Below are positions 8,346 to 18,034 of a stretch of DNA of 64,000 nt, piece after piece (within the stretch, counting starts at the first letter, position 1; every line of letters begins with the position of its first letter). Made by a program: the position numbers and the translations under genes. This DNA comes from a virus (lineage: Duplodnaviria > Caudoviricetes): the IMG/VR virus record IMGVR_UViG_3300025316_001101; one strand, written 5' to 3'. The notes under the pieces were generated by a model. It saw only the letters and a list, made by a program, of their open reading frames with translations, was not told the origin of the DNA and did no database searches.

Positions 8346-9059
8346 TCAACTCCTGGCCAAATAATTTTTCTGAAGAGCGTCCTTTGACCACAATTTCCCC
8401 TGAACGAATCCATGTCGCACCATCTTAAAACGATGGGTAATCCAGCGATTATCCTTGCTAACCTTGATGTAAATACCTTCCCGTGGTTCCTTAGTCGTAA
8501 ATGGCGACGGTTGGAGAGTGAACTCCTCAATTTGGGGGTAATTCTCTACTGGGCCACTCCAAATCAACGGCACCAAATCAAATCCACAGACAGACAACAT
8601 CTCTCTGGCTTTGTCCGTCCTTACGAACTGCCCTTCGGCATAATCATAAAGATCATAGGCCACAAACCAGCCGGGTAATTTATCGTACTCCAAACCATGC
8701 TGGGCCACCATCCACTCGCCATAAACAGAAGCGTTTGGATAAACCCCTTCCAGAGCCTCAAAAAAATCCTGATGATCGTAAAACCAATTCCAAATCGCAA
8801 CAAATTGTCTCTTGGCTGGAGTGTCCTTTTGAAAACCCTTCTTGAGAATGTGATCCCGATTACGAATTACCGGATGTCCATCAATAAGAGCCATACCACA
8901 ATTCGCACCATCGATCTTCTCCTCAACATAAACATGCGGGAGTTGAAAAATGATGTCAGCGTCGTTTGCCGTTAGGTCGCCTCGCTGAGTGTTTGGCTTC
9001 CAAGGTAAATGCAACGTCCGAGGAAATTCCGGCAATTTGTGAAGGTTCTTAGGTTTCAT
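8346..9059 (-). CDS. ATP-dependent RNA ligase (Rnl1/Rnl2-type nucleotidyltransferase)
   Basis: FPRTLHLP, motif I EEKIDGAN, VYGEW, FVAYDLYD, EGIYIK, RFKMVR. Confidence 0.88.
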   Translation of the reverse strand: MKPKNLHKLPEFPRTLHLPWKPNTQRGDLTANDADIIFQLPHVYVEEKIDGANCGMALIDGHPVIRNRDHILKKGFQKDTPAKRQFVAIWNWFYDHQDFFEALEGVYPNASVYGEWMVAQHGLEYDKLPGWFVAYDLYDYAEGQFVRTDKAREMLSVCGFDLVPLIWSGPVENYPQIEEFTLQPSPFTTKEPREGIYIKVSKDNRWITHRFKMVRHGFVQGKLWSKDALQKNYLARS

Positions 9060-9244
9060 TTTATTGATCGTAATTCATATCGTGGATATCCCACCACCAT
9101 TTCTACCATTTGATGCGAATATCTCACGCCACATATCGGACAACGATATACGCTACGTTCCTTGTTGTCGTAAAACATCCGTATGAGACATTTCGGACAA
9201 AAGCAAGTGTATCTCGGTCGTTTTAGTGGATTCTTTCTACTCAT
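9056..9244 (-). CDS. small zinc-finger protein
   Basis: CFCPKC...CPICG. Confidence 0.55.
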   Translation of the reverse strand: MSRKNPLKRPRYTCFCPKCLIRMFYDNKERSVYRCPICGVRYSHQMVEMVVGYPRYELRSIK

Positions 9245-10110
9245 TTGATTAACGCTGGATTGGTGGTGACCACCAATTCAATCAATTCACGATCTGTGAT
9301 TATTACATCTGTTTTTTCAGGAATTGGATGATACTTCATTGTAAATGGCTGATTGTCTTTGCCGCCAAAGAAAATCAGTCCCAGGGCACGCAACATGCCC
9401 GTTACTTCTAGTTCCGTACCGTCCCATGATATAACATCCATGAGACGATCCAATCGCACACATTGATATCCCTTGATTGTTCCTGGTGGGATGTCTTTCA
9501 GCGTAGCTTTCAGGCTTTTAATTTCATCTATGTTGGTCGTCTTGGCCTTAATCGCCGGTTCTATTTCGACCGCATTAAGATACAATTCTAGAAACTGTTG
9601 CTTCAAATGGAACAAAAATTTTGGCACCTGTTCTTTTTGATAGGTGGTAATTTCTCCACCCATCAAAGCTTGCGGCCTAAATCTAACCAATGTGACGATT
9701 CGTTCTGGTGTTAATTCATTCTTAGGAACAAATGGCACACCAGAAATAAACAAAGAACTGTGCTGAACAAATGGCACTGCCTTACACATATCCATGTGTG
9801 CATATGGCAAGTAGTAATATTCTCCAATTTGTTGCATGCCACATTCATATGCACCTGCGGGCAATTTATATTTTACTGCGTCCTCTTTCATGACCTTGAC
9901 TTGATCACGATAGCTTTTAGCCCTTTTAGTCGGCGTTTTCTCCTGGCTACACTTTCCATAAATGCACCTCGACAACATACAAAGGTGAATACACTTGCCA
10001 ACATTAAGCAATGGGCATTCGCCACCTTCTAGTGAACAATAATATGTAACAGCAGTCGTCCGTTCGCTTTTCTTCTCAGCTTCACGAACCTGGATTCCTA
10101 GTGTCTTCAT
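9241..10110 (-). CDS. hypothetical protein (Cys-rich N-terminus)
   Basis: ORF track; plausible start MKTLGIQ at 10110. Confidence 0.6.
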   Translation of the reverse strand: MKTLGIQVREAEKKSERTTAVTYYCSLEGGECPLLNVGKCIHLCMLSRCIYGKCSQEKTPTKRAKSYRDQVKVMKEDAVKYKLPAGAYECGMQQIGEYYYLPYAHMDMCKAVPFVQHSSLFISGVPFVPKNELTPERIVTLVRFRPQALMGGEITTYQKEQVPKFLFHLKQQFLELYLNAVEIEPAIKAKTTNIDEIKSLKATLKDIPPGTIKGYQCVRLDRLMDVISWDGTELEVTGMLRALGLIFFGGKDNQPFTMKYHPIPEKTDVIITDRELIELVVTTNPALIK

Positions 10111-11005
10111 TAGGGCTTTCCATATATCCGGTGGGAACAGTTTCAATAACCTTACGATGAATAATGCTGCCTTTACGAAACAAAATCCTTGGCACAGTTC
10201 GGCCAGGACCAGTCCAATAAAGTGCAGTGTGAGCAATCCTTATATGAGGCGACATTTCCAAACGCTTACCAATATCCCAACCAACCTTACCTCTCCGATG
10301 TGCCTTTTCAACATATTTCTTGTCGCCAGTTTCATCAAATTTTGCACGATCTCTATTTAAGACATCGGCTGTGATTACATCTGGATCGTTTTCCAATAAA
10401 CACATGCAACAACAAAGCTTAATACAATCTCTTTGCACATCCTCTGGTATCACCACGCCTATATTAGCTGTTGGTGCCATAGGAAGATCACTAATTTCCT
10501 CTTCTAGCGATTTGCCCTTCCTGCATGAGAATGTACGATATGTATAAACTCGCTGACCAAGGCCGCTATCTACCATTCTGACTTCTTCACCGATATCGAT
10601 CCAAATAGACACACCAGATACTTTTTCTGACCTTATTTCGTCTATCTTCGCCATCATAATCCCTTGAACTTCGAATTTTTCTCCTTCAAATTCAAACTTC
10701 AATGGATTGTTTTCTACTGGCAATCTCAGAAATAATTCTGGAATGGGCGGCTGCATAAAACTAGCATCAACAGCTAGATTTAATTTCAATAATGGCGGTA
10801 CGATAGCTGGCCAAATACTGTAATATGGCTGATGTGCATTATACCAATTGGCCTCCATTCCCAATTGGGTATAAACTTCATTGTGCCGTCCGCTATATCC
10901 CGTCATCAATTTGCAATAAAAATCAAACGGCTTCAATGCATGAGCATCATGATCGCCCACGTTACGGTAGAATTGATAGATTGTTTGATATTCATGAAAT
11001 TGCAT
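10082..11005 (-). CDS. hypothetical protein
   Basis: 307-aa ORF. Confidence 0.7.
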   Translation of the reverse strand: MQFHEYQTIYQFYRNVGDHDAHALKPFDFYCKLMTGYSGRHNEVYTQLGMEANWYNAHQPYYSIWPAIVPPLLKLNLAVDASFMQPPIPELFLRLPVENNPLKFEFEGEKFEVQGIMMAKIDEIRSEKVSGVSIWIDIGEEVRMVDSGLGQRVYTYRTFSCRKGKSLEEEISDLPMAPTANIGVVIPEDVQRDCIKLCCCMCLLENDPDVITADVLNRDRAKFDETGDKKYVEKAHRRGKVGWDIGKRLEMSPHIRIAHTALYWTGPGRTVPRILFRKGSIIHRKVIETVPTGYMESPNEDTRNPGS

Positions 11006-11227
11006 TACCGCACCGTGTCATGGTCAATCCACTTTTTATCGATCCACAATTTTCTTTCTTTGTATGGCTGTTGAACAAGCACATGAACTTCATTTTCATT
11101 AAAGTCTAAAATTTCACAATCAATAGATTGTTTGCTACGACGATGAGCACCCGTAAATGCAGTTGCATTAATTTTAACTGTCTTGCCTTTTTCTAAATCC
11201 ATAAATTCTCCAAAAGTAAACACATAG

Positions 11228-11301
11228 CCCGTTTGGTGGGACTCGAACCCACGACATGCGACTTTAGAGATCGCCGCTCTAACCAACTGAGCTACAAACG
11301 G
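11228..11301 (-). tRNA. amber suppressor tRNA (anticodon CTA)
   Basis: canonical cloverleaf CCGTTTG/CAAACGG, GCGAT-CT CTA AA-GTCGC, T-loop TTCGAGT, G73. Confidence 0.9.
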
Positions 11302-11317
11302 TCATACGACCATTGTA

Positions 11318-11644
11318 CTACCGCTTAGGAGGTTTGTAAAGCGACCCCCGTTCGACCATCCTACGCTTGCGTTTCTTGGGAACTATTTTTTTGGCATCTC
11401 TCACTCTTTGTCTTGCCCGCTTCTGACAAGCATTTTGAGCCGGAAGGAACTCCCTGTGTTTACTGACAATATCCCAACAAGTCCGACCATCTTCTGTTTC
11501 GGTCAGTTCGCAGGCAACATATTTTGGAATAATAGCCACCCCTTGAAAATGAGATCGCCAAGTCACTCTGTATTTGCCCGTTTGATCAAGCCAATTCTTC
11601 TCCGTCAAAGTGTCGGTCGCCAATGTCCAAGTTAATGTAATCAT
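11318..11644 (-). CDS. basic hypothetical protein
   Basis: ORF track; GAAAGGA RBS. Confidence 0.55.
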   Translation of the reverse strand: MITLTWTLATDTLTEKNWLDQTGKYRVTWRSHFQGVAIIPKYVACELTETEDGRTCWDIVSKHREFLPAQNACQKRARQRVRDAKKIVPKKRKRRMVERGSLYKPPKR

Positions 11645-11659
11645 TTTATTTCCTTTCAG

Positions 11660-11778
11660 TGGCCAAGACAGGAATCGAACCTGTATACTCTAAGTTTGTC
11701 GCAATGGCTTACTATGAACAAAGCTCACGCTTTGGACCCCCAACTCCACCTAAAGTTTTACCATTAATATACTCGGCC
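11660..11778 (-). ncRNA. tRNA-like RNA with a ~54-nt insert in the anticodon loop
   Basis: acceptor GGCCGAG/CTTGGCC, T-arm ACAGG-TTCGATT-CCTGT, D-loop AATGGTA, stem TTAGG/CTTAG around the insert. Confidence 0.65.
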
Positions 11779-12559
11779 CACATATATATTTCAGGAGGGT
11801 TTCATATGATGATATTTGCTATTCTTATGTTGGTTGTAGGTCTTTTACTTTGTATAAAGGGTAAAGCGGAACAGAAAAAACAAACTGAAAAGAAAAGTTT
11901 TGTGGTACTATTAACCACATTATTTCTTGTCTATTTGTTCCCTGGTGCTACGCTAATAATCATTGGGGTCATCCTGCTCGCTTTAATGTTTGGCGGCATA
12001 ATGCCGTTCTGAACTATGTCCCTTGATAGACCAGCACTATTTTTCGGGTATTGTCGTTTAACCACTCTACATACTCTTCTGGCCCAAGACATTCTATTTC
12101 TTTTGGGACTGCGTAGACTCCGCCGTCTTGAGGAAAAGCAAGTCTAAAATACGGTCGCAAACCAGTAGAAACCTCGCCATCTTTCGGACCACCGACAAGA
12201 TGATACTGGTAAAAGATACAATCTTCGTAACCATCTAAACCTTCGCTCATGATATATTATGCTACGAAACCCATTGTTTGTAAAGTCACGACATGTAAAC
12301 AGCACCGGCTCCAGAAAATGGCACTTGATTGTTTTGTATGGCTGAAAGAGGTACGGGTTTAATCACCATTGTGCCACGCATAAACTTTGGTAAATTAAGG
12401 TTTATTTGTTGCAAAGCCATCTGTGCTTCTTGTTTGGTAGAATACATTTTATTACGAAAAGCATCATTCGGAGTGAAACTTGCCGAATCATGCCTGAAAA
12501 TACCGTAATACGTATAAATCTGTGTGACTGTAGGTTTGGTCATACCCTATTTAGCTATA

Positions 12560-13489
12560 TCACCAAGGAATCTTTTCATCAGTTCTGCGAGTTGCCGCCT
12601 CTACAAATTCACGATATAAAATTTTTGCATCTGTGAATGTGCCCGACAATTTCAATTTATTCAACAACAAATTACGTCTAGCCACTACTTCAAAATCAAA
12701 GAACCACATGATCGGCATAAATGGATTTACAAACACAGAATCATTAGTGGCCCCGGCAACCCGTGCATCTACATCTTCATACATCAAATGATTGCCGAAT
12801 TCGCCCTCGACCGCAGGGATAATTCTCGAATGAATGTGGCTCTTGCGTTTGGATTCTTTCATCACCGCACGGCACGTCCGATCATAACTCTTAAAACAGT
12901 CCATGTTTTTAGTGAGAGCACAGCATCCAAGAAAACCACCATCTTTAATAATGCCAGCCATATTCTCCAAAGCACGATAGTGGCACACCCCTTCTTCAGT
13001 CTCCGCACCAAATCCGATACACACAAGATATTTACATGGAATATCCAATTGCGCAATAGCTGACATCGAGATAAAATCTTCAAGAACAGTACCGCCACCA
13101 GTTTCGTCACCACGCATTAGCGAATCAACACCGCCATCAATTAGAAAAATTGTAGAAATTTTGTCTTGATGTTTCTTCAAAATCTCTTCGTAACCACGGC
13201 GTACAGTTTGTACACCTTCCCGACCGATCAAATAAACTGGAACATTTACCTTAGTAGACAACAGATATTCCGGGTCATCTCCCGGCTGTGCCACCCTAGA
13301 AAATATTCCACTTTTACTGGAATAATTTGCCATTGCCTTCACTAATGTTGGCCACTCATAAAATAATGGCAAACCACCACATATATCATACCCACCACCA
13401 ATACCGGCAAGCATAACACCACCTGAATATGCTATCCGATCTGCAATGGGACCAGGAATATTTAATTGGTTAGGCTTCGTCACTGCCAT
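12560..13489 (-). CDS. DUF1152 family protein
   Basis: AGIGGGYDICGGLPL, LIDGGVDSLMRGDE, GFGAE, HYRALENMA. Confidence 0.8.
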   Translation of the reverse strand: MAVTKPNQLNIPGPIADRIAYSGGVMLAGIGGGYDICGGLPLFYEWPTLVKAMANYSSKSGIFSRVAQPGDDPEYLLSTKVNVPVYLIGREGVQTVRRGYEEILKKHQDKISTIFLIDGGVDSLMRGDETGGGTVLEDFISMSAIAQLDIPCKYLVCIGFGAETEEGVCHYRALENMAGIIKDGGFLGCCALTKNMDCFKSYDRTCRAVMKESKRKSHIHSRIIPAVEGEFGNHLMYEDVDARVAGATNDSVFVNPFMPIMWFFDFEVVARRNLLLNKLKLSGTFTDAKILYREFVEAATRRTDEKIPW

Positions 13490-13901
13490 TCTCCCTTAAA
13501 TAAGCAACCACTAATTCCGCAGCTTCTTGACTTGCAAAAGAGCCATCTGCTTTACTAATTTCAAAAGGAGAATAACAATGAATTAACCATCCATTCTCCC
13601 GAAGAATGTCATCACGGGACTTTTCTCGCTTGGCCTTAATTTCTTCCAAAGTCGGCGGCTTGTGACCTACCAGCCACACATATACATCTTCTGCCGTGTG
13701 CTGCAATTCTTGTCGAGCTTCTTCAGCACGATCTTCATATTCCCGTTCTCTTGCCAACTCTTCTTCAGATGGTTCGTGATCCCAATGCGGAAATTGTAGC
13801 CACGTTTCACCCAGCAAATTCAACGCCTTGTGAATCAGAATATAAACCTGCCCTACATCGTGAGGATAGGCATTAAACGGACTAATTTGTCGGCCTTGCA
13901 T
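13470..13901 (-). CDS. hypothetical protein
   Basis: ORF track. Confidence 0.55.
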   Translation of the reverse strand: MQGRQISPFNAYPHDVGQVYILIHKALNLLGETWLQFPHWDHEPSEEELAREREYEDRAEEARQELQHTAEDVYVWLVGHKPPTLEEIKAKREKSRDDILRENGWLIHCYSPFEISKADGSFASQEAAELVVAYLRENGSDEA

Positions 13902-13902
13902 T

Positions 13903-14526
13903 TTATTGTCCCGCTTGCATTGCCATGAAATACGCTTGGGGATTGGTCAACATGTGATGTCGAGTCCAAGCATTGCCCAACACGTCAAAACATTTTGCTT
14001 CGTCTTTATAACGATAAGCTTCATACATTTGAATTGCACAAACTTCGTGTGGCATCTCGCCAACGGCTGTACCAAGACCAGGACATAAAACAGATTTGAA
14101 GTCATATTCCTTGGCCTTTCTTAATACAGCACGAAAAGCCAAATAGGCATTTGTTGTATGACCTACATTTTCAGGCACCCGCATTGTAGGCGCACTAATT
14201 AAATAGGGAATCGGCGTATCGGCCCGAGTGTTGCGAATGTCGATTACCTCAGCATCACCCACAAGAAGCTCACCAAAATGCTTGGTGTAAATTACTCTTC
14301 GCAATTCTTCCGACATACCCCAACCAAAATATTGTGAATACACATAATCGATCCCGCCATCCATGAAACCGAAACTTTGTGCTGGCGACACAACTGCATC
14401 TACACGCATGTGTTCGCCCGGTGCAAAAATATCACCGTGCGATACGTGGACATCCTGGCATCCTTCGAACACTTTGTTCCATGCCGCAATCATTTTAACA
14501 TTCAAATCTCTCAAATAAATCTGCAT
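13903..14526 (-). CDS. macro domain (Appr-1''-p processing / ADP-ribose hydrolase) protein
   Basis: GDIF..DAVVSPAQSFGFMDGGID, LISAPTMRVP, CPGLGTAVG. Confidence 0.9.
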   Translation of the reverse strand: MQIYLRDLNVKMIAAWNKVFEGCQDVHVSHGDIFAPGEHMRVDAVVSPAQSFGFMDGGIDYVYSQYFGWGMSEELRRVIYTKHFGELLVGDAEVIDIRNTRADTPIPYLISAPTMRVPENVGHTTNAYLAFRAVLRKAKEYDFKSVLCPGLGTAVGEMPHEVCAIQMYEAYRYKDEAKCFDVLGNAWTRHHMLTNPQAYFMAMQAGQ

Positions 14527-14867
14527 CTTTAATCCTTTCTACTTGCGCAATCATACATTGTGAAACTAGACGAATAATATCCGGCCTTTATCTGACGACT
14601 ACGGATCTCTCCATTGGTAGTCAAGCAAACGCATCGACTTGAACTCCAAGATTTTGACTCCCACTCCCACCATCCAAAAATCGTTTTCATCAGTCGGCAT
14701 CCCACATGGGGTCGTAAGTGGACATTGCTTTGCCGCCATCATAGAAGCCCTGCTCGTATGCTTTATATAAAAGCGATACCTGCGGATCTTCCATGTCCAC
14801 AAGCTTTCCCAAGGTCTTCTCGTACCATTTTTTGAAATCTATGCTACTGACTCTAAAGCCCATTGTT

Positions 14868-15173
14868 TTATTCCCGATCTGGCATTATACCCCGCAGCAT
14901 CGGACCCTTCGATAGGATGATGCCACTTCCGAATTTGGAATTATACGCATTGTACACTTCGTCTTCCAACTCCATTTGGCAAACAATGTGATCAGTCCTT
15001 ACAACAATCTCATTCCCTTTACAAAAAGGGGCGAACGGCATCATGCCCAATGAGTTTTCTGAAATGAAAAACTTAGCAGGATTTTTGAGAGATACTCCAC
15101 CCGATTCAATACCTTCCGTCACATCGGCAATGACATCTTCACCGGTAATCAACTTTACATATTTAACAGCCAT
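14868..15173 (-). CDS. conserved T4-like-phage small protein (Sm-like fold suspected)
   Basis: N-terminal VKLITGEDVIADV pattern common in T4-like phages. Confidence 0.45.
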   Translation of the reverse strand: MAVKYVKLITGEDVIADVTEGIESGGVSLKNPAKFFISENSLGMMPFAPFCKGNEIVVRTDHIVCQMELEDEVYNAYNSKFGSGIILSKGPMLRGIMPDRE

Positions 15174-15212
15174 TTACTTCTCCTTTAAGGTTATGATATA
15201 CAATAGAGTGAA

Positions 15213-16445
15213 TTACCCCGCCCCTAAAGAGGGCGGGGCTTCCGTTCCAACTAACAGCCCATCTTTGACGGGTCTTATGTCAGGACAAACGGCTATTCCT
15301 CGATTCCAGCGAGGAGTTATACCTTCATTGCGAATATTAGTCGCTGCATTTTCATCTCTATCGTGATTAGTCCAGCAATTCCAACAAGTCCATTCTCTAT
15401 CGGTAAGTTCCAAATCCTTGTTTTGCCAACCACACACCGAACAAAGTTGCGATGATGGATACCATTTATCTACTTGTCGCAACTCACGACCATACCATTC
15501 GCATTTGTATTTTAGTTTTTGGATGAACGACGAAAAAGAAGCATCATTTTGTTTTCTGTGATATGCTCGTTCTCTCCATCGTTCAATTTTCCGTGTTTCT
15601 GGATTTTGGTTCTTGAGCATTTCGGCTACTGACAATGTTTCTAAAACTACAACTTGGTTCTCATTGACAATTTTAGTGCTAACTTTGTGCTGGAAATCCT
15701 CACGAACATTATGGATATGTTGCTCAAGTATATTCAACTTGAGCCATGCTTTCTTTCGTCCTTTTCCTTCTGCTTTCGTTCTGTTCTTTGCTTTTTTCAA
15801 GAACCTCAATCTTTTAGCATATTTTGTTTTAGGAAGTGGGTTCTTATACTTTGTTCCATCGCTGCCAACTATTCCATGAACATTCAGGTCTAATCCAATG
15901 GTCTTATTCATTATCGGCAGAGGAGTAATTGTGCAATTGGCTGTGATACTAATGAAGTATTGCCCCGCTTTGTTCTTGCTAACTGTGGCAAACTCAATCT
16001 CGCCTTCTAATGGACGATGGAGATATATTTCAATACCTTCCTTGAATTTAGGAAAACTTACTTTCCCATCTTCAACTTTAATATTTTGTAATACCTTGAA
16101 CGATTGCTTGCCGTGTTTCTTTTTGAAACGAGGAAATCCTTTCTTTCCTTTCTTCTGCTTCTTGATGTTAGCGAAGAAATTATCGTATGCGTTTTGCAAT
16201 GCTCTGGCTGAATATTGTAATGCTTGACTTCCTGCTTCTTTCAACCAATCATAGGTCTGTTTTAGTTGTGGAATACTGGTGGCATTATCGTAATAGTTGA
16301 GAGTTTCTTTTTCGTTCTGATATTTATTGATACGAGTTTCAAGGAAGTGATTATACAGAAATCTTACACAACCGAAGTGCTTGGCGAGTAGCACTTCTTG
16401 TTCGGCTGTTGGATTCAATCTGTATTTGTAAGAAACTAAAGTCAT
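15213..16445 (-). CDS. tnpB: TnpB RNA-guided endonuclease
   Basis: YKYRLNPTAEQ..KHFGCVRFLYN; RuvC D (GLDLN), E (VLETL), D (DRDENAA); CSVC/CWNC zinc finger. Confidence 0.95.
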   Translation of the reverse strand: MTLVSYKYRLNPTAEQEVLLAKHFGCVRFLYNHFLETRINKYQNEKETLNYYDNATSIPQLKQTYDWLKEAGSQALQYSARALQNAYDNFFANIKKQKKGKKGFPRFKKKHGKQSFKVLQNIKVEDGKVSFPKFKEGIEIYLHRPLEGEIEFATVSKNKAGQYFISITANCTITPLPIMNKTIGLDLNVHGIVGSDGTKYKNPLPKTKYAKRLRFLKKAKNRTKAEGKGRKKAWLKLNILEQHIHNVREDFQHKVSTKIVNENQVVVLETLSVAEMLKNQNPETRKIERWRERAYHRKQNDASFSSFIQKLKYKCEWYGRELRQVDKWYPSSQLCSVCGWQNKDLELTDREWTCWNCWTNHDRDENAATNIRNEGITPRWNRGIAVCPDIRPVKDGLLVGTEAPPSLGAG

Positions 16446-16600
16446 TTGTCCTCGTTGTCTTCCACATACTTGACTACTAATTCCTTGACTACACTGGAAA
16501 TAGATGCGTATTTCCGCTCACAGATTTTCTTAAACCGCTCATACAAAGTCGGCTGAATGCGTATCTGTAATTGTCCTGTGTTTTGTTCTTTATTCTCCAT
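16442..16600 (-). CDS. ribbon-helix-helix (CopG-like) protein
   Basis: QLQIRIQPTLYERFKKICERKYASISSVVKELV; coupled to tnpB by ATGA overlap. Confidence 0.75.
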   Translation of the reverse strand: MENKEQNTGQLQIRIQPTLYERFKKICERKYASISSVVKELVVKYVEDNEDK

Positions 16601-16892
16601 ACACTTTATATAGTATGTCGCCACAATTTTTTACGACAAAATAAAAATAATTTTCCCAAGCCGTTTCAACTGATTTTCAGCCCATTTTGATGGGAGAACA
16701 TTGACCAAACTAAATCAGCGTCAATCAGTGGTGGTTTTGACTAATTTCCATTATGACGCCTTACATCCCGCTACCCTAAAGAGGTTTGCCCTGTTCATTC
16801 AGTCGTTCGCTAACGCTCACTCCCTCACTCACAGAGCAAACATTCCTTCGGAATGTAGGGGTTTTACGGCGTCCCAGATAAACAATACAATT

Positions 16893-17318
16893 TCACTCAA
16901 TCCACGTATAGCCTACGGCTACTTCTGATTTATCGACATTACACGCCCTAAAAAACTTCGTACTGCATTTATCGTGAGGACAAATTCTAATTGTACGATC
17001 CAGCTTTTTAGCTTTTTCTTTAGCTTTTTCTAACAATTGAGAACCATATCCACGCCGTCTATGTATGGGAATGATATAGATGTATGTCTTTACGCCTTTA
17101 CTATTTCTAGAACGATAAAAGTCCAACAGTGCCCAACCAACAAAAACTCCCCCAACATACATAATAATGGCAATATAAGAGCCCGCCTTTCGTCTATCAA
17201 CCACCTGACAGGCTTCTCTCATAAAATCTACAGCGCCATGCCAATTGGGTGTATGACGAGCAAGCAATTTACGAAATACTGGATCTATTTTTTGTAAATC
17301 TTTAATTTGCCATTTCAT
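16893..17318 (-). CDS. GNAT family acetyltransferase
   Basis: YIIPIHRRRGYGSQLL acetyl-CoA motif A. Confidence 0.75.
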   Translation of the reverse strand: MKWQIKDLQKIDPVFRKLLARHTPNWHGAVDFMREACQVVDRRKAGSYIAIIMYVGGVFVGWALLDFYRSRNSKGVKTYIYIIPIHRRRGYGSQLLEKAKEKAKKLDRTIRICPHDKCSTKFFRACNVDKSEVAVGYTWIE

Positions 17319-17320
17319 AA

Positions 17321-18034
17321 TTACTTAGCCAAGAGTCGCTTTTGTTCAGCTTCAAACTCAGCCTTGGCCTGTTCAAACTTACGACGAGCAACTTCCAACT
17401 GTCGCTTCTTAGCTTCTTGTTCCCGACGATCCCGACGACGCTGTTCTGCCAATCGCACCTGCTCCAAACGAGCTTTTTCATCGGATACTTCCGTGGCTAC
17501 TGTTGTAAACTTAACAATACTGGGAATATTGGTATTACCTGATTGTTTAGCATAATGAGTTACAATTGCACGGGCATGACCCAACTTGGCTTTTGAATAC
17601 AAACGGGCCTTAGTAAGGTTATCAACCCAACCCTTATCGGTCCTTTTGTTAAACCACTTACCATCAGTATTACGAATGGCATAGACATCCATTGCAATCT
17701 GAGGAGCAGCCGGTGCAGCCACATCAAAGGTTGTTCCACAGCCACAATCACATTGCGAACCATGTACATTCTTGGTAATATCATCAATAACCGTTTGAAC
17801 AGTAAGACCAAGCTCACTTGTCACTTCTAGGTTCTCCATTTTTTCTCCATATTGTAAAACATATTCCCTCAACGAAGGCTCGTTGCCACGCTGCCCACTA
17901 ACGTAATAAGCCAGCCGAGCCCTATAGTATTCTTGCGCATGTTCTTCACGTAAATTATAAATTACACCGTCGTCAAAACAGACATGAATGCCTCCCACAT
18001 GACGACTAGGAATTCTTATTTCCATCACCTTCAT
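17321..18034 (-). CDS. hypothetical protein with C-terminal coiled coil
   Basis: ORF track. Confidence 0.6.
   Translation of the reverse strand: MKVMEIRIPSRHVGGIHVCFDDGVIYNLREEHAQEYYRARLAYYVSGQRGNEPSLREYVLQYGEKMENLEVTSELGLTVQTVIDDITKNVHGSQCDCGCGTTFDVAAPAAPQIAMDVYAIRNTDGKWFNKRTDKGWVDNLTKARLYSKAKLGHARAIVTHYAKQSGNTNIPSIVKFTTVATEVSDEKARLEQVRLAEQRRRDRREQEAKKRQLEVARRKFEQAKAEFEAEQKRLLAK

Larger units (their letters stand above)
15208..16877 (-). mobile_element. non-autonomous IS200/IS605-family (IS1341-like) element: RHH gene + tnpB
   Basis: TTTAT 5' of the left end (16878-16882); right-end hairpin CCCCGCCC-CTAAAGA-GGGCGGGG followed by TAATTCAC; no tnpA. Confidence 0.8.

Noticed and set aside
11659-11805. 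N-terminal extension of the 117-aa plus-strand ORF
   Set aside because: It overlaps the minus-strand tRNA-like RNA; the real gene more likely starts at the GGAGG-preceded ATG near 11806.
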